64,000 nt of DNA from Ylistrum balloti (taxonomy: Eukaryota), in assembly GCF_031769215.1 (NCBI RefSeq), contig NW_026781895.1, positions 62,001 through 126,000 on the forward strand, written 5' to 3'. The notes beneath the pieces are model-generated. The model saw only the letters and a program-made list of their open reading frames with translations. It had not been told where the DNA came from and made no database searches. The position numbers were made by a program, and so were the translations under genes. Of the stretch, positions 50,691-64,000 are shown one piece after another (within the stretch, counting starts at the first letter, position 1; each line of letters begins with the position of its first letter).

Positions 50691-51352
50691 GTACTGACTT
50701 CGTAATGCTTGGTTTGAATACACCTTCATGAAACACAATAGCATTAGCCATTCTGGTCACAAGGTGTCCGAATTGTCACATTATCAGTGTGAACAACTCT
50801 CACTTCGGACGATATCTATCCTCTCCGTACCTTAAACAGCACTAGACTATCAAAAACAGGGCATTTTCTGCCTACAGCTCAGAGCGGAAACAATGTTCTA
50901 AAATGATAGGTGGTTTACAGTCCAATATCAATGTGACAATATGTGATAAGCGAAGTGCGTCAATCAGAACCAATCTAATATATTGTATCATACGACAGGA
51001 TATTTCATTTTTTTGCTAATTCTCTCTCTCCATTCTGTGTTATTTTCTGTTTCTTGTTACACACATATACGTGTAGGCGTGATTTGCATCTTGAAAATTT
51101 TTCCTGGGTTCAAATCTCTTTAAATATGGTCATGATATGGAGATTAGTACACTTTTCTACCAAAGGTTACAGATTAAAACACTTTGAACCATTATCACAT
51201 GATTTGGATTCATTTTATTTTTTAATTGTACCACTATAAAAGTGTCAGGCGATTTAAGGATACTTCAGTATTCACGGCGAAGCTTCAAAACAGCGACGCA
51301 AGAGAAGGACTTCTACTCGGAGAGGTCGATACATGTAGTCCAGCCATCAGAA

Positions 51353-54300
51353 ATGTTCAACTCTTCCACTGAAAGATTTGACTTTTCCAACATGGATGGT
51401 TACCAAGGAGAGAGTAAACGCTCGGGATTTAGGACTGACGGTAATGTCTGTCAGGTGTCCGTAGCGACTGGCTTCATCCTTACTCTCCTTTCTCTGGCTA
51501 TAGCGGTTGGGGTAGGCATTATTGTGAATTTTGCTGGTAACAACAAGAGCGTGACATGCTCTTGCCAGTGTGAACCGGACCGTGGAATGACCACTCCATA
51601 CACACCAGGATCTATTCCTGAAGTCTGCAGGACATTGGCACTCGAGGGAAACCTGCAACTTTGTATGTATCATAATGAGTTTAACACTTTTTAAATTTAT
51701 CATCATTAAACTTTGTTTGTAGAACAATTAATTTAATATTTTGAAACTTATCTTCATTAAACTTTGTATGTACACAATAAAAAAAGTGAGAACTTTGGTA
51801 TTTTTGAGGAATCATATTGTCTCACTGGTTGTGATATATAACTGATGATTTCCAAACCTTATTTTAAAAACTGCCTTATTCTATTCTTATGAATATATAT
51901 CTACAATGATCACATCGCCTGAATTGTAGTTGCCGATATTAAGCAAAAGTATATTAAAGCATAATATGTAATATTGACTGAACAAGTGGGTATAAGGACA
52001 AGTGTACATAAAATTTGCATAAACAACAGGCATAGTAAGATACTTTTCAATAAAATATTGGTGTTGTTGAAGTTTATGCTAAGACTAATATGTCAGACTG
52101 TATAGTATATGTTGACTAAAATATCTTCATCATATGTATTTATCTATCATAACATAGAAAATATTGTACAAAAGATACACAGGTGAATAACACCTTTAAT
52201 TATAAACTTAAAGTTAAGTACAGTCGAGTCAAACGATGAGATAAACTGCATCATACAGCTGGTCCGTCCTTCTAGAACATTTTCTTCGGTTTGTGAATCT
52301 ACATTCTTAGTATATTTATGCTAGAAATGTTTGTTATAAAAACGATCAATCAAAGCAAACCTTCATTTTGACAATGATCAGGACTGGTCATAGTAAAAGC
52401 GCATTGATGAACAGACACACATCGATTACATGTTATTGAGAATTTTGACGTAGTAAAAAGGAGGATAAGAGCTGACATTCGTCCAAAATGTCGGCGTTTA
52501 CAAAGTATATAAAATAAAACAAAAAGATAAGATAGCTAGACATAGGTATCTTTTTTGCTTTATTTTAGTTTTTTTTAGTTTAAACATATTTTATTGACAA
52601 TGACATTGACAATAGGATTAGTCAGTAAGTTTTACCAACTTATAAATGACTTCTCCTACAACATACACATAAACATTTACATAAATATGGTCACGTGGTG
52701 ACATGAAACTATTATAATAGTCTTTTTATGTAAAATGTATAAGTGGACAAAAAAATAAAGAAACAGACAGAGAGATAAGAACAGGGTGTGGCATAGGGAA
52801 AGAGAGATAGAAAGAGGGATATAGAATGGGAGAGAGAGAAAGAGAAAAAAAGTGGGGGGGGGGGGGAGGAGGAGAGAGAATTTAAGTGAATCTTCCTGAC
52901 CTTCCTAGGAATGTTTGGACCGATTTGGCCATTTTAAGGCTATCATCCACAGAGATATTAGAGTCACCATTGCAAAGAATATTTACATTAACAATACCGT
53001 CATACCATATTAATTCTTGGTATAGTGCTCTACGTTGATCAGCATATAAAGAACAATTAAAAAAAGATGATAAGAATCTTCACACGGGTGCCCACATTGA
53101 CACTCTGGTGAATTTACAAGATTAGCCCTAAAAAGATCATAATTGAGTGGACTTGCACGGTTTCGGAGACGACGGTGGATGATATTTAATTTTCCGGAGC
53201 CATAACTAATAAATTGCTTGTGGAGAGTACTATTCACAGACATAGATTTTTTTAAGATTTAGCTTGAAAGAATTTAAAGTGGGTGAATTTCTAATATCAT
53301 TGCTCAGGTTGTTCCAAAGATTAGTTGCAGAAGGACAAAAAGAATTATGAGATATTTGTAAACGGAATTGTTGATCTCTCATGAAATGGGCTCGTCTTAA
53401 ATTATAGGGGACTAAGTTACCAATAATATCAGGTAATAAATCAATAAGGAAATCAGGTGCCAAGTTGTTAACTATCGATTAAAAGAGGGAGAGCTTCCTA
53501 GCTTTTCTTCTTTTTGAAAGAGGTAACCATCCTGTTTCTCTATATAGAAAATCTATTTTTGTATAAAAAGGTAAACCTGTGACTATTCTGGCAGCTTCTT
53601 ATTGGATTTTTTCTAATGACAGGGAATTTGTTTCACTACAGTTGCCCCATACCTCACATGCATATTCAAGAAGTGGTCGGATATAAGTTAAGAATAATTT
53701 CTCTAAATTATGTCTATTCAATATGAGTTTTAATTTACGTAGGGTTGCAATATATTTTGAGATTTTACTAACAATATAATCTACATGTAGGTTCCATTTA
53801 CCGTCGTTAGAAATAATAACACCTAAGTGCTTATGCTGATTGGTGATTTTGATAGGTATGTTGTCGAAAATGAAAGAGGGGACAAAAGGAAGTCGAAGAT
53901 TTGAAATGATAAGGGCTTCGGTTTTTATGGGATTGAAGGACATCAGCCAATCTTTAGACCAAGTTTCAATTTTTCTGAGATCAGATCTTGCTGCGGATTC
54001 AATTTGATTTAAATTACTAGAGGAATAAGAGAGGGATGTATCATCAGCGAAAAGTCTAGACAGTGAGATAAGTTCGCAAGAAATATCATTTATGTACATT
54101 AAGAAGAAGAGTGGCCCAAGGACTGAACCTTGGGGTACACCGGCATTTATAGGTTTGTACGAAGAAAGTGCATCTTTTATAAAAACTGCCTGTTTTCTTT
54201 CATAGAGATAGTTACGTATCCAAAGAAGAAGTTTTCCAGAAATGCCATATTTCTCTAGTTTGTATAGAAGACCTTTATGCCACACTCGGTCGAAGGCCTT

Positions 54301-57300
54301 CGAGAAATCACAAAAAATCAAAACAGTATGCTCATATTTTTCCAAAGAAGTAATTATTGAGTGATATAACTCAATGAGTTGATGGGTTGTAGAATGGTTG
54401 GATAAGAAACCTGATTGGTACTTATAGATAAGATCATTTTGTACTAAATGATAGTATATGTGTTTATAAACAACACGCTCAAATAGCTTACCCAAACAAC
54501 TTAACAATGAAATAGGCCTATAGTTTGAAACAATACTTGGATCATTAGCTTTAAATACGGGCATAACATGGGCAATTTTCCAGCCATTTGGATATATACC
54601 AGATGATAAGGAATAATTGAAAATGATAGATAATGGTACAGAAATTTCAGTAGATAGTAACTTTAGCATTTTGTGACTAATACCGTCGGGTCCTGATGCT
54701 TTGTTTGTATCAAGTATATTGACGATGTCTTCAATTTCTTTAGGTAGTAATATTATTTCATTTAAGACTGAATCAGTTCGCCTCTCAAAAAAGGGTAAAG
54801 CTTTATCAAGGTCAGTTTCTAATAATGTACAAACAGAACTGAAATAATTATTCAATAATTCACATTTACTGTTGTTATATATAATTTCATTAGTATTATT
54901 GTCTAAAAGTGGGGATATGTCAGTATGTTTACTAACTTTTAAAATATTGCGAAGAAGTTTCCAATATGCCTTAGGGTTGTTTTTGCTATTATCAATAGCT
55001 GAATCTATATTTTCATAAAAAATTTCTTTAGCTCGTTTAACCATGTTGTTTATTTTATTTCTAATATGTTTGTATTTATTTCTATTTGTTTCAGTATTGT
55101 TATTAAACATTATCTTTTTTAATCTTTCCCTTTTCCTTATAGTGTTTCTGATGATCCCATTCATCCATGGTTTGTCCCCTTCCCGTACCAATATTTCTTT
55201 ATATGGTATACACTTTATGATAGCCTCAAAAAATTTCTCAGTAAAAGATGAACACATTTCATTTACATCAGATATGTTGTTAAGGACATCATTCCAAGGG
55301 ATGCTAGTGAACATTGTTTTGAGTTCATCAATGTTACATTGGTTATATAACCATACTTTTCTCTTAAAACTATGTCTAACTTTGACAGGTATACTGATAA
55401 TAGCAAAAACAGCATCATGGTCACTAATAGCACGATCAATTTCAATTACATCAGAAAAAGTTACATTTACATTATCACTTACAATAATTGGGTCAAGAAG
55501 AGTAGATGAGTTATCAGTTAGTCTAGTAGGTTTTGTTATTACATTTCTTAGGTTATAATCAGAGAGAATATTGTTTAAATGGCCCCTAATATTTTTTAGG
55601 AAATCAACATTAAGATCACCTGTAATTATTATATTGGATGTTTCTTCGAAAGCTATATCAACAGAGTGACGGAGATGATGCCATAATGTAGCATCATTTT
55701 GAGAGGGAGGTCTATAAATATTACAAAGCAAATAAAAGGTATTTTTAAATTTAATCTGGGACCTGGGTTTGGATGTATGTCACCTGCTATTAATAAAATA
55801 ATTATAACTATATTGAATGGATGGAGGATATAATGGGACAACTGCAGTAGCAAAAAAGATAACACGTTCAGACAGTTAAGATGCGATATGAATGTGCTGA
55901 AGTACTTAAAATAATTGTGGATGAAAACCAAGGTGACTGGTATACAAGAAATTTTACAATAAAAACACCCAATGGCAGCCCTCCATGCACTTACATCATT
56001 TCCCATCATGGGGGGTTAAAAATAAAAATCATAGGACATTGCTGGAGGTCTGCCAATGTTCTGCAGATTGGACAAACATATTCTAGGAAGGGAGGTTGGA
56101 GCAAAACAGGAAAGAAGATGGAATTGAATGGATGAAGAAGTAAAGCATTTGTTTGGTTGAAGAACACAGAATAGGTCAAGTAACAAAAAGAGTAAAGATT
56201 GAGCAAGAGGCAGTGTAAAACAAACTGGAAAGGGAGTGACAGAGAAATAAACATTTTAGGGGATGTATGATTTAAAATATACCAGTAGGGAATAAGAGTT
56301 TGGTGAATTATTAAAGATTTAAATAGAGTAGACAGAGATAGATACCAGGGCTAATAGGATAGCATTGATATATATATTTCATTATTTATATATTGGTAAG
56401 CATAACAAAAATAATAGATTGTAGACAATGATCCACCTGCAAAAGAGTAGTGAACAATAATCACAGTTTGAGTCAATTGATAACCAAAGATAGTAGAACA
56501 ATATATGGCAGGGATATGATCATCATAAAAAATCATAAGTAGATTATACTACATATCCAGAGTAACATAAGATAAACTCAGATTCAATGAATGCACACAT
56601 CCATACACTTATGCTTGATTGACTCATAAAAGTAAACCTAAATGCATGAATACATTTATATCACACATATGCATGCATATCCATACACTCATGCATAGTT
56701 GACTCTCGGTTGTAAACCCTCACATGCATGCATACATTCATATCACACATATACATGCACATCCATACACTCATGCATTATTGACTGTCAATAGTAAACC
56801 TTCACATGCATGCATACATTTATAACACTTTATTTTAGGTGGTTTGTGTTTTAAATCTATATATTAGGACGCAGTATGTAATGTTAAAAATGGCGTCATA
56901 GGCATAATGCAAAACATGCAATAATGTCAATCTTCAGCGACGTATTGAACTATGGACGTAAATGTGTAACATCATGATATTTACACCAAATAGAGAACAA
57001 AGCTTCCCGAATCCGCAGTAACAAAATCATGATGTATCATATAGCCGTTCATACCTAAAAAGACGTACAGACAAACGCTGCTTCTAATCGCGACCACAAA
57101 ATGGATACTGAAATTTCCACGTGGACCTACAACGTGTCTTCTTTCCTTCTTTTTTAAACATAAATATGTCAATTTATCATAAAATGGCCTTTCCCCTGCG
57201 CGATATTTCAAAAACATGTTTAGCCTACAAATGTCGTCTCATTTCAATGTCATGAAGGAGTATTCGGTCCAAATTCCTGGCAGTACTGTACCTTTTAAGT

Positions 57301-60300
57301 ACTCATTTTAATTACTTTTAAAACTGTTGTTGGCATCAAAATGTCTCCTCTGTCAGTTTGAATAATTGAAATTGATAGGGATATCAGGAAATCCGGAAGT
57401 GAATGGTCTACTGGATCACAGATTTTATGCAGAGTATTTGGTAAATACACAAGTGTGTATGGTTGTTCACTAAAATTTCTGCTGGGATTACAATTTTATT
57501 ACCTCATCAGGATCATTATCTTTAAACAAATATTTCATTTTGTTCGGCTTAACACAAACCTATTATGACACAAACTTGTGTAAATCGACTTAGCTAGATC
57601 TATAATGAATTTCCGCACATTAAATAGGTTTGTTTTAATAGCAACTTGCACTAAACACAGAAACTGGTCTGAACAAAAGATGGCCAATACGTACAATACT
57701 TTTATATCATGTTTGATTCAAAATAATGAATGTGTTAACATACAAATAAATCATAATTCGGTCATGCTGGTTGGGTTCGGGCCTTTTAGGGAGGTACCTC
57801 GTCCCTGTCCTGGACATATCCTACAGACTTAACCATGGTATTTACAACTTTTGAAGGTAACGAAAATTTCAAGACTGAAAAGTCCAGTTAAATTTGATAC
57901 CAGCATTACCTTTTAAGAGTCGTTTTATAATCTTGAACATTTGATGTGACTAGTTTTATAACGGGGTTTTCCTTTTCAGGAGCTAATCTCTGTCTTACTC
58001 TGAAATAAATCAACAGCTCGAGAAATATTAGTTGCTTTTGGAAACTTACCAAATGGCTGACCTGTGAAACGGAAGTGACGTAATACAAGCCTGTACCTAC
58101 AGAATCGTCTAGAATAGATAATCACAAGTTATTAAAAATATCAAATGTGATATTTGTAAAAGTTAAGCATGTACATTTGCACATAATTGATTTTTGTGTG
58201 AAAATGTAAAAGTATAAAGCGTACCATTTTAGTTGTTAAAAATAATTCTAATGTGTTAGACACTCCCCAGAAGTATCTATAAATACAATTCTATGCGTTC
58301 AGCACATCATTCACTGATCTAGGTGAATACATTCGTAGGGGACAAGACGTCTACATGAGAGTCTAAAATGCACACGATAGCAGGTTATATAACAGCATGG
58401 TGTTAAATCTACAGTAGCTGAAAGTACATACCTCACAAAATCCAAGTTTAACAACTAAATGAACAGGAAATATTTTATTGTTTGATCATCACCACAAAGC
58501 TACAAGAGAACGAAACAAAAAGAAGACCACAGTGGTTGATAACAAACAAAGGATAATTATCACAACTGTTTATCTATCTACATTAGACTACAACCATGTA
58601 ACGTGTTTCACACAGTATAATATGGTTCATATTTTCAGGGTGGTAGACGCCCTTGGTTTAAATTACAACGTTTTGTTTACGACAACTGAGTCAAAATCAC
58701 TTAAATTGTGATACCGATAACACTATTGTTAAAGTAATTGACAACAATTTCTGTTATGTAATATATATGCGATTCTTTTCTATGTATATTGTAGAGAACA
58801 TTCCAAGCTTAGATTGGTTTCTAAAGATGTAATGCGAGTTATTGTCTTGGTGTGCTTTTTTCCATGTTAGCTCGTCAAAGGCTCATCCAGATGCGATATT
58901 TTCACAATCGTTTCACAATGTTCATATTTCTCAAAGATTCTATATACATTCTTCACGAGTATTGTCTACTAAAACTGAGTGTTACTAGGAGTGATATTTT
59001 ATGATGTTTACCCAGGTCAGCAAGTTCACGTCAACCAGCATCGTTTATAGCGTTGTGTACCGCCTCGTCTCCTGGGAATTACCGGTGTGTAAATACAGAG
59101 GCCAACAAGTCTCCAGCACTTTAAGACACCTCATTCCGTGTTTTATACACGTCAAAATCCTACATTGCTTGTACAGTGATACGACTGGCGATCTTGTTTG
59201 ACCATAGTTAGAAATCTATACAAACTTTGTATATGATACAGAGCCAAAGTCATCAGTAAAAAATGGCATACAAACCATCTTGTCAGGAAATACGTTTCGA
59301 TTCCCGCGTTTTTAGATGTAAATTCAAGAATCGAGTGTCGTGTAGTGTTGATTTGGGCATCTATAGCGTTCAGTGTGGGTAAGTTTAAGCATACCCAGCT
59401 GTGAAAGGATCGGACAAGTACATATAAGACACCTGTATCAAAATAATAAGATAAACATGTATCTATCAACATTAGCTATTTACAAACAATGTTACTTACT
59501 GAGGTTTGTGTAAAAGTATTAACTAAGACAGTAACATTGTAATACATGTAATACATTGATAAACGTTTTAGAAACCTGAGAGATACTACTTTCGACATTT
59601 CTTTTCATTGTAACAAATCAATCTCAGCGTTTACACGATGTATAAGTAAAATTTCAGTAACAATAAGTAACACGTTTCCAACTTTCTGTCTCTTTAAACA
59701 TTTCGATTTTAGTTTAATATACTTTTGTAAAACGACTCTAAAGTCCAAGCGTTTCTTACAAGGAGTATATCGGCATGAAATTGCGATCATACTAGACTTT
59801 AAAATGCTGTTCCCGGGAGGTGAGGTTTTACATTCGTTAGTTCAAGATTTGGACGCACCTGTTTACAATTTCTATCATTTCTGCAAAGTCGTTTACAACA
59901 TTGTGACACAATCCTACAAACTTCACGTGCTCCATGATGTCTGTAGTCTTGTATATATATATGATCACCAATGACAAAGTTGAAAACTTTCGCCGCCGCT
60001 ATGGCTGATGAATCCATGTCTTTAAAATACACCCACTTTAAATGTTTAACTGTGTAAATAAAACGTGTATCTTTACATTTTTATAGAAGTATAGACTAAA
60101 TCAAAAGAGACATTTTCATGATCTTGTAAATTATTTCTTTATTGTCCAAGTTTTAAAACATGTGATGATTCTTTATTCATCAACGTGTCCTGATTTTGTC
60201 TGTCTGTAAAACAAATATAAAAACTGGTGTGCAAAGTCATAAGTCATTTGAGTAAATACTCTATCACGTGTAAGTCATGACTCGGACGAGTATATACTCT

Positions 60301-63195
60301 ATCACGTATAAGTCATGACTCGGACGAGTATATGCTCTATCACGTGTAAGTCATTACTCGGACGAGTAAATGCTCTATCACGTGTAAGTCATTACTCGGA
60401 CGAGTAAATACTCTATCACGTGTAAGTCATGACTCGGACGAGTAAATACTCTATCACGTGTAAGTCATTACTCGGACGAGTAAATACTCTATCACGTGTA
60501 AGTCATGACTCGGACGAGTAAATACTCTATCACGTGTAAGTCATGATTCGGACGAGAATATACTCTATCACGTGTAAGTCATGACTCTGACGAGTAAATT
60601 CTCTATCACGTGTAAGTCATGACTCGGACGAGTAAATTCTCTATCACGTGTAAGTCATGACTCGGACGAGTAAATACTCTATCACGTGTAAGTCATTACT
60701 CGGACGAGTAAATACTCTATCACGTGTAAGTCATGACTCGGACGAGTAAATACTCTATCACGTGTAAGTCATGATTCGGACGAGAATATACTCTATCACG
60801 TGTAAGTCATGACTCTGACGAGTAAATTCTCTATCACGTGTAAGTCATGACTCGGACGAGTAAATTCTCTATCACGTGTAAGTCATGACTCGGACGAGTA
60901 AATTCTCTATCACGTGTAAGTCATTACTCGGACGAGTAAATACTCTATCACGTGTAAGTCATGACTCGGACGAGTAAATACTCTATCACGTGTAAGTCAT
61001 GACTCGGACGAGTATATACTCTATCACGTGTAATAACGATCTATCTGACTTGAATTCAAATAATGAAACACCATTGAATAAAACGATTACCGCCACAATC
61101 AGAACTTGACATCAACGTATTTGAAATTGTTCTTGACTGTGATGTCCGATATCATTAAACGAGTTGTGCGTGATTTTTACAGTGTGAAGCATTACCATCG
61201 CTTGGCGCATTAATGATTTAATCCTTTGAAACTGTGTATAACACAGCAGACTATATGGTTTCCTTTGTACAACAAAAGACACATAAGGGAATAGCACGAT
61301 TTAGTGCAAATTTACACGTTCATATAAGGATTCGTTACTGATGTTGGGGAGGAATGGTGGGTGGAGGGGGCTGTGGGGGGAGGGGGTGGGAGAGGGGGCT
61401 GTGTGGGTGGAAGTATGGGTGAGAGGTCGTTTGGGAAGCAGAGCTTCAATCTTAACTTGATGTGGTTACTGAGGTAAATTCAAGGAAAAGTCAAGATCTA
61501 GATGTGGAGATGCACTAAACTCATAGTTCAGTAAATAAAGTCATAAATTTGGTGATTTTAGTAGACCGTACATATGTGCATTTATTTTTCGCCAGTGTGT
61601 TAAGGTACGTCCATGTTGTCAGTGGCGCTGACACACAAATATGTGAATAAACGTGAAAATATATAAACTGTCCTCCACACTTCTGAAACATAACACATTA
61701 AAATAAATTAGATATTTGTTCTGTTTGGTGTTTATTAACCACCATCCACATGACGCGTGTGTCTGAAACACATTTATACGGTGTTATTTACATATTAATT
61801 AAACATAAGAATGATTCAAACATTTTTAATGTATTTGGTGCTTATTTAAACCAGGTGGACTTTGTCCAAATTGGACTACACCGACATCAACAAGTCCTAC
61901 AACAACAGACGTTACGGATACAACCGACCCTACCAGCCCAACAGAACCCCCAACGATAACTGATGTACGTCTACCTACTGCTCTTATTCCATATCATTAT
62001 GACGTCACATTGAGACCAGAACTCTACAACGGATTACCGGAAACATTCACTTTTAACGGATCTGTTCATATATTTCTAAATTGCATTAACGCGACCAGGA
62101 ACATCACAGTGCATATTGGTACTCAGAATTTAACCCGAGTCCCTACAGTTCAGCTGGTCAACAAGCCGGGTGGAAGGGCGCCAGATGTGACAGGTACAGC
62201 GAGAGATTATGAACGAGAATTTCTTATCATTATGATGGACACAGAATTGGTTGCTGGACAACAATACTCTCTGACCCTATATTTTGACGACAATTTAACT
62301 GACAGCCTTATTGGAATGTACCTGAGTTCCTACCAAAGTGAAACAGCAAATGAAACAATGTAAGCAATATGTTATAACTATTGTTGTTCAAATGCTTCAC
62401 TGTTCATAGACAATGTACCACACAATTCTATTATAAAATAAAGATCATTTCGCTCAGCCATACCAGAGAAGAAAATTAGCCATGTGCTATTTGTAAAAGC
62501 CTTACGTTCATGACACTTGTAAACATTATGTAGTGAAATTAGTTCATGTTTCATGACCGTAATTTTAGTAAAGTTAGTTAATTCAGTAGGTTTCCGGTAC
62601 GTGGAAATAACATAACTAAATCTACAGTATTGTCATAGACCAGCTCATACTTCAATTATTATTTGATTTAATTACCAGATATCTCGCTGTCACACAGTTC
62701 CAGCACACCTTCGCTAGGAATGCGTTCCCGTGCTTTGACGAGCCAGCGTTAAAAGCGACATTCAGCATTACCCTAGAAAGACAACCCCAGATATTTACAT
62801 TATCTAACATGCCTCTTAACAGAACAGTGACACTGTAAGCACTCTTTGGTTATTTACAGTTGTTATTCGTTATATATCAGTAAATTTCTCTTCGTATCCG
62901 GTCTATCTCCTGGTAAAATAGTAGTTGCGTTTACCAATAACGACATAGTCTGGCTATTTCTCAATGTTTCACAAGCCTACAAAAAGCTGACAAAATCTCA
63001 GTTACTACCTTCTATCAAAAAAGATTTATCTCTCTTCCTTTTGATATCTGTAAACATGGATCCTTTCTCTGTTGCAGTGATGATGGCTACAAGGCTGATG
63101 TATATGATAAATCCGTAGTCATGTCCACTTACCTGGTGGCTTTTACATTTTGTAACTTTCTGAACGTCACGAACAAGACGTCAAACGGCGTGGAG
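51353..63195 (+). CDS. ANPEP: Aminopeptidase N-like M1 metallopeptidase, type II membrane protein, 5' part only (orthology within M1 not resolved)
   Basis: Exons 51353-51662 (signal anchor [19 protein letters not shown]), 61855-62359 (Thr/Pro stalk, [25 protein letters not shown]), 62679-62834 ([29 protein letters not shown]) and 63078-63195 (MSTYLVAF). All junctions are GT-AG with phases 1, 2, 2 consistent. Confidence 0.9.
52560..56830 (-). mobile_element. CR1-type LINE, near full length, antisense in intron 1 of the APN-like gene
   Basis: ORF 53599-55731 has a partial APE endonuclease (YRPP, GDLN, SDHD) and RT (DFSKAFD, QGSVLGP, FADD). C-terminal CQCG..ED.YH follows. The 3' end has AATAAA and a (CTAAAA)-type tail at about 52560-52595. 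The 5' leader ends in GDIHPNPGP. The 5' boundary is approximate. Confidence 0.9.
53599..55731 (-). pseudogene. LINE ORF2 (partial APE endonuclease plus reverse transcriptase)
   Basis: 710-aa open frame with a premature TAA at 53599-53601; the frame continues EAARIVTG beyond it. The N-half of APE is missing. Confidence 0.88.
60255..61032. repeat. 38-bp minisatellite, about 20 copies, in APN-like intron 1
   Basis: Unit TACTCTATCACGTGTAAGTCATGACTCGGACGAGTAAA, seen at 60257, 60295 and onward. Confidence 0.96.
61346..61415 (+). other. Potential G-quadruplex tract
   Basis: At least 7 runs of 3 or more G with short spacers. Confidence 0.5.
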
Positions 63196-63714
63196 GTAAC
63201 CTCTCTACAATAAATACTCTCTTTCATAAAAATATCACATAAATTATCCTTGGTATATGATATTGTGTGATATTACAATGCTTCAATATAACTGTCCCTA
63301 TTACAAGATATCCCCGTTAGTCAGTGATAATACACATACAATATTTCTGGGCACTACAAATGTGTAATTTAACGTATTGCGAGGTAAGATTTCGGTAAGG
63401 AAAATGACGCCGCACTCTCACAGATTGCAATGTGACGTAGATATAAAGCCAAAATTACTTTTAGTTAGATGTGGAAACGCCCTTTATCTACAATAGTTAC
63501 TTGAATGATTCAACTTGTGATAAAGAAAATCTTGAATTGGTTTTCATTTGACATATGACTCATGAAACTTTCATGAACTTTTTAACTCGTTTCATAAATC
63601 ACATATTAAATGGAAACTTCCGATCATAACTTGTGACCAGTGTAATAACGCCCAATACTTCTTACTCTTTTTATTACACGGGTGTTTTATAACTGTATGA
63701 CTGTGATTGACGGA

Positions 63715-64000
63715 AGGCTAGCATTGTTTCCAGGCTGTGATTGGCTGAAGGCTAACATTGTTTCCAGGCTGTGATTGGCTGAAGGCTAACATTGTTTCCA
63801 GACTGTGATTGGCTGAAGGCTAACATTGTTTCCAGACTGTGATTGGCTGAAGGCTAACATTGTTTCCAGGCTGTGATTGGCTGAAGGCTAACATTATTTC
63901 CAGACTGTGATTGGCTGAAGGCTAACATTGTTTCCAGACTGTGATTGGCTGAAGGCTAACATTGTTTCCAGGCTGTGATTGGCTGAAGGCTAACATTGTT
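63715..64000. repeat. 34-bp minisatellite, 8 or more copies, runs off the window
   Basis: Unit CATTGTTTCCAG(G/A)CTGTGATTGGCTGAAGGCTAA, seen at 63722, 63756 and onward. Confidence 0.93.

Noticed and set aside
49997-50705. His/Cys-rich ORFs in all three + frames
   Set aside because: Degenerate 20-bp repeat of low complexity.
59000-60030. Short - strand ORFs with exon-like signals in the APN-like intron
   Set aside because: No recognisable domain or consistent splice phase; cannot be supported without a search.
21287-64000. Regular repeat arrays as CRISPR
   Set aside because: Units are head-to-tail with no unique spacers, there are no cas genes, and the context is eukaryotic and intron-containing.

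Overview
AT-rich animal genomic DNA, most likely a bivalve mollusc (inferred from repeat families and gene style). Three host genes can be rebuilt exon by exon. PRORSD1 (ProXp-type tRNA trans-editing domain, - strand, 2 exons) sits head-to-head with carboxypeptidase Q (CPQ, + strand, 12 firm plus 2 tentative exons). The 5' part of an aminopeptidase N-like M1 gene (+ strand) runs off the window. Mobile elements include a decayed Helitron-like RepHel element with a dead OTU domain and DHxY motifs, a nearly complete but crippled DIRS tyrosine-recombinase retrotransposon (ITRs, ICR-like segment, RT, RNase H, adenine MTase, YR), a CR1-type LINE with a 2A-like motif, other LINE fragments, two CAGGG-ended MITEs and HINE-like elements. 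About a quarter of the window is made of 16 or more unrelated minisatellite arrays, several carrying palindromes or transcription-factor-like motifs. No tRNA, rRNA or CRISPR array is supported. I found no unambiguous new system; the best leads are ranked in the findings.
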